This document shows positions 49,717 to 62,566 of a stretch of DNA of 64,000 nucleotides, piece by piece (the first letter of the stretch is position 1; the number at the start of each line of letters is the position of its first letter). Location of the stretch: NCBI GenBank assembly GCA_963693365.1, contig CAVNZM010000015.1, forward strand, positions 3,224,001-3,288,000. Reading direction: 5' to 3'. The DNA comes from Amoebidium appalachense (lineage: Eukaryota > Protista > Ichthyosporea). Position numbers and translations under genes: made by a program. Below the pieces are notes generated by a model that was not told where the DNA came from, made no database searches, and saw only the letters and a program-made list of their open reading frames with translations.

Positions 49717-50163
49717 AATAGACCGGTCGGAGAGGTAGCGCATATATGGCAGCATATATGAGAAGTACTACGTCAGGAGGGCGACCCACAGCACCCTTAA
49801 ACTTTTGAAGTTCAACAGGTTGGTCTGTTGGTCCCCTCCCCCCTCCCCCCCCCCCCCCCCCCCCCCCCCTCCCCCCAACACCACCACCCCCACTCCCCAC
49901 CCCCCTCCTGAGGGCGGAGATGGGGATGGGGGGGGGGGGGGGGGGGGGAGGGGGGCAATATAGTGCAGGCAGTGCGTGGGTCGCCGTGCTCTGCATGACG
50001 CCCTGTTGCTGGGCCGCATGTCAGCTGCCTAAGCGTTGGAAGGCTATGCGTGCGCATGGCAATACACATGCATGCAGTATGTAAAACATGGATCCCAAGG
50101 CATATAAAACCAAATGTGACACACACATACGCACACACATACACACAGACACACACACGTGCA

Positions 50164-50234
<71 letters not shown>

Positions 50235-50642
50235 ACACACACACACTCATTTTGACCTTTTTTGTCTGGTAACGAAGCAAAAGCATCCGTTTGAGTTTGA
50301 CGACCTTCGAGCCAAATCGAAAGATAGGTATTATATCTGCCCTCCCCCTGCCACCGCAGGGTTATTTATATTTCTATTTTATCACCAGCCCTGAGCCCCT
50401 AGAATCTTATTGTCTTTTATATAGGTGAAATATCTTGATCCTGAATGACCCCTGTATGTGTGTGTGTTTGTTTGGGGGGGGGGGGGGGGGGGGGGGGACT
50501 CCGGTAGATTGTGCTCAATATTATCCAAAAAATACGAGGTACAACACCCTTAAAATTGAGAACACAATGCACACGGGACTGATTAAAGCACGCATAAATA
50601 ATATGCATTATAAGCAGAGCCCATCTTCAGGTGGGGAGTAAA

Positions 50643-50690
<48 letters not shown>

Positions 50691-50876
50691 AATTTTATGC
50701 AGTAGAGGGTTGGAAATATTGAGGAGGAGACACTCGGCAAGAGTTAAAACACAAGACATCACAAAAACAATATACAAAAAACAAATAAAACAAAAAGAGA
50801 GGGGAGGGAGGCCGAGAAGGAGAGCGGGGGGGGGGGGGGGGGGGAGGGTGAGGGGGGGGGGGAGGGGGGGGGGGGG

Positions 50877-50956
<80 letters not shown>

Positions 50957-51390
50957 AAAGGCAACCGAAACATCACCGAAAAGGGCAAAGTGCATGAGGC
51001 CCGGACGAACACTGTTCGTGTAGACAAGGATTTATGCTCAACATCCACACACAAGCACAGGTTGGAAAGTTCATTCGATTGATCTTTTTCAACTATAAAG
51101 TCCCGGAGAGTATCCTTTTTCCCATCACAGCCTCCTATGTTCTCCTACACACGAGCTCTTATATAGTAGAAAGCTTACAGCTCCAAGAACTATATTTATA
51201 CAAGTCTGCGATACTGAATGCTAAAACAAAAGGTCGAGGAAAAAAAAGTATATACATGGCTAGCTCCCAATCATATTTACATAGTCACAGGCTCGTGCAG
51301 TGGGTTAGGCCCAGGCAAAGCCTTGCCCGACCCATGTCCCCCACCAAACGTTCCTACCGCACCTGCCAAATTAGGAATCTCATTCCCCAT

Positions 51391-52074
51391 CTACCCGCCG
51401 CCCCCTATCGTCGCCGAGACACCGACAGCAAGGGAAGCCGCAAACGAACGAGGATATTCGGTTTCGTTTGTGCTTTCCGTTTCCCTCATAACCTCCTCAA
51501 TGGCGTGCCCAGAGAGATGCGGGAATTTCGCCCGCAAAGGCCGGAAAACTTGTATCTCGTACAGGTTTTCCACCGCCTGCTGCGTTTGGAATTTGGGATG
51601 TAGAACCCAAGTGCGATCACTCTCCGGCTTATAACAATAATAATAATGATATTCAGAAGTGTCCTCGCGATCTTTCCAGACGCGTGCAGCAGACAGCCGC
51701 TGCATGAACGCGTCGACAAGACCCTTTTTCTCAGGTGCCCCCGAAACGATGAATTCCGCTATGTCCTTCTTCAGCATGCCGTTACCGTTTGCCTGTTCTG
51801 CCGCCTTGACCACCAGTGATGAAAACAGCGCCGATGTGGGACCGACCAAGGGGATTTTCTGCTCCTGGATGAAGCGTATCGCCTCCTGGACGTCTTCGCC
51901 TAGGAGCTCCCGTGCTTGGCCCTGTGTAAGCCAAGGATAGCGGAATCCTAGCGCCCAGCGCCAATACTCGACGTAGAGCCGCTGAAAAACGTTCGCTGAA
52001 TCCACATCTGGAGAAATATCGACCAGGTTGTCCTGCCCGATAGCCGTCGCCGACGTCGACGCCTCCTTACCGAG
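51391..52074 (-). CDS. In-frame continuation (227 codons) of the NYN-LOTUS gene beyond TAA 52075-52077; completes a tandem pair of helix-turn-helix-like domains
   Basis: Same reading frame as the upstream ORF (52074-52005 = 69 nt), open to TAG at 51391. It shows internal similarity to the segment before the stop (FIQTMADTGAL vs FMQRLSAARVW; FQRLYVEYWRWALGFRYPWL vs VENLYEIQVFRPLRAKFPHL). Confidence 0.6.
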   Translation of the reverse strand, partial: LGKEASTSATAIGQDNLVDISPDVDSANVFQRLYVEYWRWALGFRYPWLTQGQARELLGEDVQEAIRFIQEQKIPLVGPTSALFSSLVVKAAEQANGNGMLKKDIAEFIVSGAPEKKGLVDAFMQRLSAARVWKDREDTSEYHYYYCYKPESDRTWVLHPKFQTQQAVENLYEIQVFRPLRAKFPHLSGHAIEEVMRETESTNETEYPRSFAASLAVGVSATIGGGG

Positions 52075-54473
52075 TTACTCGTAAAGCTCGTTCGGGCTCT
52101 GCTGTGTGGTTGCTGTTGTTGTGCTGTTAGCATCCACGGTCAACGTGTGGTGCAAAAGCGTCTGTGCAGTAGTCTTCCCTGCCTTCTGTTTGTCATCTTT
52201 GGAACTTGAAGCCGCAACGAGAGCGCCGGTGTCTGCCATCGTTTGAATGAACCGCTGAACTGTGGTGGATGTTCTTCCAGTGGCTTTCACCAGATCCTCC
52301 CTGCACGTCCGCCATGTAACAACACCCCCTGCGGTGGAGCAAATTTCCCATAGCGCGTCACAAAACGCCTCGCGCTCAATGGCTGCCGTTAGCACCTTGT
52401 TCCCCTTAAGCCAATGCCCAGGCTCCTTAAGGGCACCCACACTTAAACTCGGCAGTGCTGCATCCTGGGTTTGTCGGGACTCCGAGGAAGTCGAAGTCAC
52501 CTGAGTGGAAGGGGACATGGAAATTTTGTCCTTGGTGGAAGAAGTGGACATAGCCGGAGACGATGTTGGTTGGGGCACAGGGCTGGGCCGCTGTTTGCCC
52601 CCTGCTACCAACTTGGCTATGCTCTCACTCTCCCTGCGAGGGCTTGCCGTAGCTATAGGCAATGCCGACTTCGAAGCATCCGAAGTGCTGGCCCGTACGT
52701 TTTCGCTCCTTTGCGTCCCCAAGGCTCCCGCTGAGTCCACCACAGCCGCCGAACGATCACAAACAGCTTGTTCCACCATGTGGTTGTTATGCTTGGTGTT
52801 GGCGGGCGTGGGGGTAATTAGGTTGCTTGAGGGCGTAATAGTGACTGGCCGGTCGTCGCAGAAATGAACGTTACAATGCGAACCGCTCGAGTCCGTTTCA
52901 ATCCTCGATACCAGGTCGGGAACAAGCGAGGAAATAAACGACTTGAAAGTTGTGAAACCGTATTTTCGCTCCGAGAAAGACGGATCCAACCGTGTCAACT
53001 GGGGCTTGAGTTGAGCCATTGAAATGGAAGTGTCGCTGTAGTTGCGCAAAAACCGCTCAATCAGCATTCGCGCCTCCTTGTGCGGATGCGAGCTCGGCAA
53101 GCGCTCCGCGGCTACTGCCCCACTGCTGGCATTGGCAGTTGATGTTACCGTCTGCTGGACACTTATCGTTTGTACTTTCGGGCTGGTTGGCGTTTTCGTC
53201 GACAATGGTGATGAGGAGGAAGAAGACCCGAGAGTTGGACGTGAGGATGCAGCCTCGACGGGGCTTGCGGGTGCCACAGCGGGGCATCCACCGGTGGGTT
53301 CAGTTGATGTTACTGACTGCTGAACACTTGGAAGCGGTTGTATTTTCGGGCTGGTTGGCGCTTTTGTAAACGATGGGGAGGGGGCCGATGCGGGGGTTGG
53401 ATGTGAGGATGCAGCCTCGGCGGGGCTTGCGGGTGCAACCGTGGGATATCCACCGTGGCCGGTGGGCTCAGTTGATGTTATCAACTGCTGAATACTTGGA
53501 AGCGGTCGTATTTTTGGGCTGGTCGGCATTTTTGTAGACAATGATGGTGAGGATGAGGATGCTGGACTTGGACATGAGGATACAACCTCGGCGGAGCTTG
53601 CCGGTGTCGTCACCGTGGGGTTTCCACCGGTGGGTTCAGCTGTCGCCGGTTGGGAGGAAAGGGCTAAGAGTTCGTCCAAAGACTTGAACTGACTCGTGTT
53701 TGCTTTCACCAACCGTCCGACCGCCTTCTCAAACCCAACCACCACCACATCTTTGCAACGCGCACGAACCTTCTGTATGAGCGGAATGAAGTCGGTGTCT
53801 CCTGAACCAATGACAATGGTGCCTATCTCCGGGCGTAATTCCAATAACTCCATGACGTCAACTGCAAGACGGACATCGCTACCGTTCTTGCCCTGTAAGG
53901 AAGTTTTGGGCAAATAGACAAACTCAAAACCCTGTGGAACGGGCTGTGTGAGCTCTGAGTTCAACAGCAAAAACTAAAGCAAATCGGGCATACATACAAT
54001 GAAAACGACTCTCCGGATCCAGGAAAAACACCCATATACAAGGGCATGCGTTCACTAAGCACCAAACCCCAAATGGACTTCACATCGTTCAGAACTCAAT
54101 AGCAAAAATAAAATTGCCAAGTCCATCAACAGGCACACTGCTCACCCCATTTGACATTGCCCGGGAAAAAAGTGAAAAAGGCAAAAAGTAACCGGTACAT
54201 AGCCGTCTCCTGGCTTTCACAACTTCCCGGATGATACACATGGTCAACAGCTAGGGAGCGAGAGAGGCGATGGGAAGATATCTCGTAAACACACACCTCA
54301 TCGAGTAATGACTGCTGGTATTCTTGGCACCGAGGCACCATCCAGTCAGCGTAAGCACGGCGCAGAACCACGTTCCCCTTAGTGGACACGAAGTCTACGA
54401 TGGGCTCTATTTGGAGCGGCCCGTTGCCATATGCGAGGTTCTCAAAGTCGAGAAACACTGCTACGGACCCCAT
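52075..54473 (-). CDS. NYN domain (LabA/DUF88, PIN-like) RNase with OST-HTH/LOTUS domain, bacterial-type architecture; 677 aa up to in-frame TAA
   Basis: Exon 1 54473-54297 (MGSVAVFLDFENLAY...RRAYADW...LLDE, donor GTGTGT) joins in phase 0 to exon 2 from 53931 (GFEFVYLP..GKNGSDVRLAVDVMELL..IVIGSGDTDFIPLIQKVRARCKDVVVVG). The NYN acidic motifs DxEN, K..D and SGDxDF are intact. LOTUS: ISMAQLKPQLTRLDPSFSERKYGFTTFKSFISSL. Confidence 0.88.
53131..53640 (-). repeat. Three ~55-codon intragenic tandem repeats (S/P/T-rich linker between NYN and LOTUS)
   Basis: Units EPTGGNPTVTTPASSAEVVSS..PTSPKIRPLPSIQQLITST / EPTGHGGYPTVAPASPAEAASS..PTSPKIQPLPSVQQSVTST / EPTGGCPAVAPASPVEAASS..PTSPKVQTISVQQTVTST, also visible at the DNA level. 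Confidence 0.85.
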
Positions 54474-55335
54474 TCTTCGCTGATAATAAGATGGTTGCAA
54501 TTGGTACTTTGCACGGTTTGTAATGTGGTTGAATGTGGGGCTGACAGCGAATTGTTGATGTTTTGGGGGCTGTTAATGTGCAGAAGAATCATGTATTATG
54601 TGCGTTAATGGGTTAGACCAATTTCTATACTGACAACCTGCCGCGTTACCTGCGCCACCAATTAGCAGTGGTTGCTAGATCTGCGTGTATATACGCTTTT
54701 ACCATAATAATGCATGTGGTGTTTTCTTGTAACAAACTAGCCTGCAGGCGCCGGGATGTTGTGTTTGTTTTTGTTGTGTCCTTGTGTCAAGTGGGCACAC
54801 CCGCTCCATTCCGCTTGATTACGGTGGTTGCCGTGAGAACTTACGTACAGATGGGGAGATCTAGACGACCCCGCTGGTAATAAATTTTGCTCTTCATGAA
54901 CACTCAAATTAAAATGTAGCCCTGCTTTTAATTTAAGTTGAAGATGGTGATGTGATTGTTTGGTAATAAACCGCTCTAATATATTTCACTTATAATTATA
55001 ATAGTAGGCTCTTGCATATTGCACTGCATATGTAATTGTGAACGTTAACGTTTCGGCAATCGAGTTTTCTAATCTAATTCTTAGATCAGATCTAAATTTA
55101 CTGGCACTGAATACTGATAGGCCCGGATAGTGAGCTTTAGACCAATAGCCTGGCTCTAAAGCTGCTGCTGTAAAGATTAGCCAATCGTGTCATAGATTGA
55201 ACGTTCAAATATGGGTAAACCCTATCCCACAAATCATTTGGCCATATCGAACGGATTCCAACCCTGTGGAATGCACCGAGTCTCTTGAACAAAGGTTTGG
55301 TTGAAGAGCGTGTGTATGGGTGTGAGAGGGAGAGG

Positions 55336-55802
<467 letters not shown>

Positions 55803-56064
55803 TCACTGTGTGCATCTGGTACCGTGAGTGTGCCTTTATCTAGCTAGTCTCTAGCTCTGCCTCTCTGTCTCTTGGCTTTGCCCGTGCACACATGTCTGTG
55901 CGTCTCCGGTAACATGTGTGTGTTTGTGTGTGAATATGTATCAGTAAGGGTAATGCTTTGTGTGCCAGTTGGCGGTGCATGCGTGCATCGGATTGACTTA
56001 TGCGCCACGGGGAGGAAGAATGAGAGGGAGGAAGGGGGGGGGGAGGGGGAGGGGGGTTAGCTGT

Positions 56065-56129
<65 letters not shown>

Positions 56130-56139
56130 GGAGGGGGGG

Positions 56140-56176
<37 letters not shown>

Positions 56177-56217
56177 TTCTTGTAATTTGTAGCCTCACAT
56201 GTTAATCGAGGGTTTAA

Positions 56218-56485
56218 CTTCGGAGGGCCCAACCATATCGGCTGAGTCAACTTGCTCCGAGCAGAATTATTCTGCATAAAGCAGAGTTATTCTGCAAAAG
56301 GCAGAACCATTCTGCTAAAAGAAGAAAGCAGAATTATTCTGCAAAAGCAGAATCAATCTGCTAAAAGCAGAATCATGCTGCAAACAGCAGAATTATTCTG
56401 CAAAGAGCAGAGAATCTGCTAAAAGCAGATTTATTCTGCTAAAAGCAGATTGACTCTGCCGATGTGGTTGGGCTCTCTTCGGGTG
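56218..56485. mobile_element. MITE-like element with terminal inverted repeats, TTAA flanks (piggyBac-like) and an internal array of palindromic 15-mers
   Basis: Left GGGCCCAACCATATCGGCTGAGTCAA (56225-56250) is the near reverse complement of right TTGACTCTGCCGATGTGGTTGGGCTC (56450-56475). TTAA at 56214-56217 and 56486-56489. About 10 copies of GCAGAATTATTCTGC-like units at 56261-56459. Confidence 0.7.
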
Positions 56486-56549
56486 TTAAGCGGCTCCTTA
56501 ATTAAGTTTAAATCTACGGCGTACGAAGCTTTGGGATCCGGGTTAGCTT

Positions 56550-56620
56550 ATGCCGATTACTCATACATTAATCGGATACGTATGTGGTCATGCTCTTCAA
56601 TATCAGGACAGTCGGAGGAG

Positions 56621-56667
<47 letters not shown>

Positions 56668-57336
56668 TTCCAGGGGGGTGTCTTTTTTTTGGGTGGATTA
56701 GGTGTGTGTGCGTGTGGGGGGAGTGTAGAGGAAGGTTTGCATTTGGGGATAGGGGGTTAGATAATACTGTGTCTGTGGCCCGGTATGTGTCGTGTGTGGT
56801 ATGTATTTGCGCGTACCGTAACACTGTGTGTGTGTATATGTGTGTGTGTATGTTTGTGCATGTGTGTGTGCGTGTGCGTGTGTATGTGCGCCCATTTGCG
56901 CCATGTTTCGTGCGTCTGTGCGTGACACTAGTGTGCATGTGTGTGTTGTGCGCGCTACAAAACCAAAAACCAACCCCGATTGTGGGCCAACGTAAATAAA
57001 TCCAAAAAAAACTCAATTCAAAACCCAAGATAAATCAACTTATCGAGTCAACGAAGAAAAAACCGTGAGAACAAAAAAAAAAAAAAAAAGGGGGGGGGGG
57101 GGGGGGGGGGGGGGGAGGGGGGCAAGCACACACTAACCGTACGATTTTGGGCCCTATCAGAGTCCTGACGCGTTCTTTAAATATTACACACTGCCTAATT
57201 AAACTTGACCATGCGCATCGGTCTGCCCATACTCTGGCCAGTGTACAAGGCGTCATGCAGTGCACGGCAGCCCTCGTGTTGTATTCCCCCCCCCCCCCCA
57301 AACACACACATGTGCACACACACACAAACACAAACA

Positions 57337-57373
<37 letters not shown>

Positions 57374-58095
57374 ACACACACACACGTGCGCACGCACGCA
57401 TACACACACACGCCCACGCATACACACACACGCGCCCGCACACACACGCACACACACACACACACACACACACCCCTCTCTTAGTACCCCCCTAATGAGC
57501 TCTACTAATATACCCCCCCCCCCCCCCCCCCCCCACACCACCAAATACACATACAAGCCCTGCCTTGTTTCCCCCCCCCCCCCCCACTCCCCCCTCTCCC
57601 CCGCTTCGGAGCTCCCCCCAACACTTCGCATGGCTCCAGCCCAGAAAATGGTCCCATTTGGACATGGGGTGAGGGGGGACTCCGGCCGGGAGAGGGGAGG
57701 GAGGGTGGGTGGGTGGGGGGGGGGGAGTGAGAGGGGGAGGGGGGGTAAATAAGCCTTATGAAACCCACATGTCAGAAGAACCCTTAATGATCATCCCTAC
57801 AACGAATTTACCTGTAGTTTTGAAAGTGAGTGACCCCTGTAAGCTCCCCTCTGACCAAGGTGGGCTGCCCACCCATGCATTATGTTTGTGAAATTGCCCT
57901 TTTAAAGGTGGGTTTAGTATTGATGACGAATTGTTCTTTGTGTGCGCCTTGCAAAAACTACACATGTAATTACGACGGATAACCGTAATTCTAACCCCCC
58001 CCCCCTTCCCCCCCCCCCCCCCCCCCTGGTCCATCCCGCCTCCTACACACACACAAAAAAAAATTGGGGGGAGTTGGGAGGATGGTGGTGGTGGT

Positions 58096-58136
<41 letters not shown>

Positions 58137-59070
58137 GGGGAGAGAGAGAGCATAATGAATTCTTTACTACAGATGTCAAGATGGTATTATGCCAATGTAC
58201 CTGTACTTAATCTTACGACATACAGCATGCCTTTGATTCAATGCAGGTTGGATTTTTGAACAAACCAAAAATCAGCTACCAGGTAAGGCACTACTTCCAT
58301 CAAGGAAAATAAAAAAGGTGATATTACTGAGGTAAACCTCAGATGCAAGCCGCGACATCATCCCCCCCCCTTCCCCCCCCCCCCCCCCCCTCCCTCTTTC
58401 CCCGCGGCTCCACCTCCCCTCCGTGCTCCTCCCCCCTCCCCGTTTTCCCCGCGGCTTCCTTCTCCCCCCCGTGCTCCTCTCCCCTATGACACTGAAATTA
58501 TCGACGGTTAGTAACGGAGTTCTGGATGGAACAGCTTCGAATCACGTTTACTAAATATCAACGGTGAATCAAGGATGGGACTAACTTACTAGGCCTTACA
58601 AACGTTGTTCAAAGTTGTTCATCAATTGCAGGCCACAGAGATTTGTTAAAGTTTAGGAGCATACACGTTTGTTTTGGATTATAATTTATAGCCATGACTG
58701 TGCCTAAGTCTTATGACATGCCTTCAAATGCATGTATGGCTAAGCTTGTGTAATATGGGTATCCTGAGATGTATGTACACAATATGTAAAATGCGAGATA
58801 GTTTCGGCCATCGGAAAGTGTGTGTCTGGTTCGACTACTTATTACATTTTTCTTGTCTAGAATCTATGTTATATTGTAATACTACGTAGTGGCGTATGAT
58901 GATACGCGTCGCATTGATTGGCATACAACGGACCGCCACTGCATGATAACTTTTTTTGCGTTCATGTTGAGTAAAGGGGGCAAGGCAATCGGTAGAGAGT
59001 GAATAAAAGTGGTTTGTTTTTTGTGGATTTTTTTGGCCCTCCTCCCTCCCTCCCCCTCCACCCCTCCTGC

Positions 59071-59164
<94 letters not shown>

Positions 59165-62100
59165 AACACACAAGTCCTGCCTCTCCCATTATAGCCAACC
59201 AAGCCCCCCGGAGTCTCTGCTCTTCTCGACCTCGCTCCCTGCACCCCCGCTCCAGGGTCCTTCCCCCCCCCCCCCCCCCCCCCCCCCGGCAATTAAATCC
59301 CCCCCCCAACAACCCCCCCCCCCCCACCCCAAAAAAGAAACTCTAAAGTGGCTTTTCTATCTCTATTGACGTCTTCCGTATGTAACATTCTCCCCCCCCT
59401 CCCCCTCCCCCTCCTCCTCCCCCCTCCCTTCTTCTTCCCCGACCTTCCCTCCCCCTATCCCCGGCCCATGACAATGACCCAGCGTGCCTGTCGCAACCCT
59501 GGGCCAGCATAGACCGAAAGAAAACAACAATTATGCATTCCCCCTCTCCCCCCCCCCCCCCCCCCTCCCCCTCCAACCACCCCCTTCCCCCCCCCCCCCC
59601 CCCCCCCCCCCCAAACACACACACACAAACCTTAAAATAAAAAAATAATATGAAGAAAATAAAAAAATTCAGTGCTTGCAAGCCAAAAACCCCGGATGCC
59701 AGGCACAAGCGCACACACTCAATGTATGCCCCATTCAGTATTCCCCACTCATAAAGTGCCATTTGTATCATTTATCATTTGAGGCCTCACTCATTTTCTG
59801 CCATGTAAATGTGTGCGATATCCGCGTAGATATCCGGGCGTCATGGAGTGACACTACCGCTTGTGCTAGATATGTTATGCACCCCCTCCCCCTCCCCCCC
59901 CCCTCCCCCCCTCCAACCCACCCACCCAACCCTTCCTTCCCCTCTCTACACAGGGTTCCCGGGGGGGAAGGGGGAGGGGGGGGGGGGGGGGGGGGGGAGG
60001 GAGGTCTCCGCTAAATGCATACACACTCTGCAGGATGAGAGCCCGTTGGAAGTTTCTAGGCCCGACCCCCGGCCGTTTTACCGGGCCATAAAAAACAACT
60101 GGGTTTCAGTGTGCATTTTATGATTTAGATAGAACCCCCCTTTGACACCCTCCCTTTTTGGTTGCATGACATATGATGTGTTACCTTTTCCTATCGCATT
60201 TGGTCAAAGAGGGTTTCTCTTAGATATCCGGGTCGGGTCACTGAGACCCGGCAAAAGTTGTTTACCGTGCTTTTTGATTGGTGAGAGAGGTGCACCAAAC
60301 CGCATTTTAATTTGGCCTAACCCGAAAGGGCCCATAAATTGGCTTGAAGGAACCCCCCATTAATTCATTGAGCTTAAATCACACTGTTGTTATTACTCTA
60401 GCTAAGGATTTTATAAGGTGTTGAACTGCCATGTCTGTTAGAATTTAGACTCCGGGTGCGCAATCACCCGTGGTCGACCCCCCCCCCCCCCCCCCCGCCA
60501 TCTCCCCTAAATAGGTAACCGCCCAAGACGTGTTGTTAGCCCCCCCCCCCCCCCCCCCCCCTCCCTCCCTCCCCCTCCCCACCCACCACACACCCAGACA
60601 CACAAGAGCCACCCCCCCACACACAGCCAAACCACCCCCCCCCCCCCCCCCCCCCCTCTCTCCCCCTCTCCCCCGGACCCCCATACACACACACACATGT
60701 GAGACGGTACACGAACGCTCGTACACCTACACGGTCCCTCCCCTCTTCCACCATCCCCCTTTCCACCTCTTCCCCTCTCCTTCCCCTCCCTCCCCCCCCC
60801 CCCCCCCCCTCCCCCGAGTCCCCTTCCCCCTACCCCCCATCCCTAATCCCCCTCCCCGAGTCCCCCCTCCCCCCCCCCCACACACAAAAACAAAAAAACA
60901 AAAAAAACACACACAAACACAGAGCCACCCCCTCCCCTCAACCCCCCTACCCCCCGCCCCCCGTATACCCACACACACACACACGATTACACACACCCAC
61001 ACACACATACCCGGTCCCTCCAATCTCCTTCCATCCCCCCCCCCCCCCCCTCCCTCCCCCCGCCCCTTTCCCCCCCCCCTCCTCCCCCCCCCCCCCCCCC
61101 CCCGCCACCTACCCTCACAACAAAAAAACACTGTATAACCTCGTTGTCCCCTCCTCAGTTTTTACTTTCGATTTCGAAACGCCTGGCGTGTCGACGGATC
61201 CGTTGCTATGACGTTGCCTGTTGCATAGTCGGACCTCCACCATTTGGGTATCATATTATCGTCAATTCTTATACATGAATGTATCAGTAGGGTCCAAAAT
61301 ACTATAGCAGCTATAGTTGTGTGCTGCAATAAATTTCTGAGCGTGCATTTTCAAACCATCACTGGCATGCCACTGTGGATGGGTTTAGACTCGCAGGCCA
61401 CAAATAGGATATAATGGGCCAGCGGATGACTGAGCGATTGGGTGAATGGGTTCGGTGTTCTTTTGTTTACTAGGGTTCTGAGACCGCGCAGGCGGCGGTG
61501 GGGGAGGGGGGGGGGGGGGAGGGGGGGAGGGGGGGGACCGGAGGGAGGGAGGGGAGCGCGGGGAGGGGGGGGGTGGGGGGAGTCAGCTGCAGCCAGTGGT
61601 GGTCTTGGTGGTGATGATGATGTGTGTGTGTATCAGCGTAGCCCTTGGTTGAGTAAGCTAATGAATGGCACTGCACTGGCAGTGTAAATTTAGGGGGGAA
61701 GGGGGGGGGGGGGGGGGGGGGGAAGGGGGAGATGAGGAAGCGTGAGGGGACTAAGGGGAAGGGGAGGGTGGGGGGGAGGGGGGGGAGCCTCAGGGGGGGT
61801 TACCGGAGTGATACCGTTGGGGATTGCGAAGGCTTACACGAGTTCATTTCTCTCTGGGAATATGTGAGTGGCCTGAAGTACACTCATAAAGCTCCCCACT
61901 CGTATTAACATCTCGGGTCAGGCCTTATAGTGTATTAATATGCAAGATGTATTAATACACGAACACAACAGGTTCATCATGAAATTGCGACATATTTTCT
62001 CTCGTCTATACTGAATAAATAAAGGTACATAAGGGGAAATTATCTGCTATCGTGCCCGGCGGGCGGGCAGCCGACTTCACGTAAATGTATCAGTAAGGCG

Positions 62101-62529
62101 ATGTATCAATGCATGAGTGGCTTCATGCTGTATCCACCTCAGGATGACCGACATCCCCTCTCTCCGTTTCCCTATTGCTTGCAAGTTCTTTTGGGGGGAA
62201 CCATTCCACCACCTCCATGAACCCCCCTCCCAGCATGCATTCTCATTCCTCTGTGCCCCGGTAAAACGGATGGGTGGTATCGCTGATTGTGTTGAGGTGG
62301 AAAAAGTCGTTTAGTTATTTGGGTATGCCACTGGGGGGGAGCTTAACGAAAACGGCAGATAGAAGCAGGGGGGATCCATGAAAGTTCGGAAGGGTTGCAC
62401 GTGTGCCACACGGCATGGAGGAGTGAAGGAGGGCATGCTCTCGGAGGGAAGGGAAAGGGCACAGGGGCAGGGCAGAGAGGGGGGGGGGGGGGAGGGGGAA
62501 GCTTCGAAGGTGAAGGGGGGGGGGGGGGG

Positions 62530-62566
<37 letters not shown>

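Noticed and set aside
51034-51940. Plus-strand ORFs of 93-189 aa
   Set aside because: They are antisense shadows of the minus-strand NYN continuation, with no recognisable motifs.
52075-52077. TAA reassigned to a sense codon (non-standard genetic code), since the other four genes end in TAG/TGA
   Set aside because: No in-frame TAA occurs in the ~2.5 kb of VPS34 exons, the Gln-rich FUBP exons, the esterase or the cyclin CDS. A reassigned codon should appear there.
56261-56459. CRISPR-like array of palindromic repeats
   Set aside because: Spacers are only 4-5 nt and A-rich, the units are degenerate, the context is eukaryotic with no cas genes, and the array lies inside TIRs.
58690-58800. Possible degenerate reverse-transcriptase fragment (KSYDMPSNACMAKLV*YGYPE)
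   Set aside because: No downstream QG or YADD motifs, and the paralogous segment at 45.7 kb does not preserve the frame. It corresponds to cyclin 3' flanking DNA.
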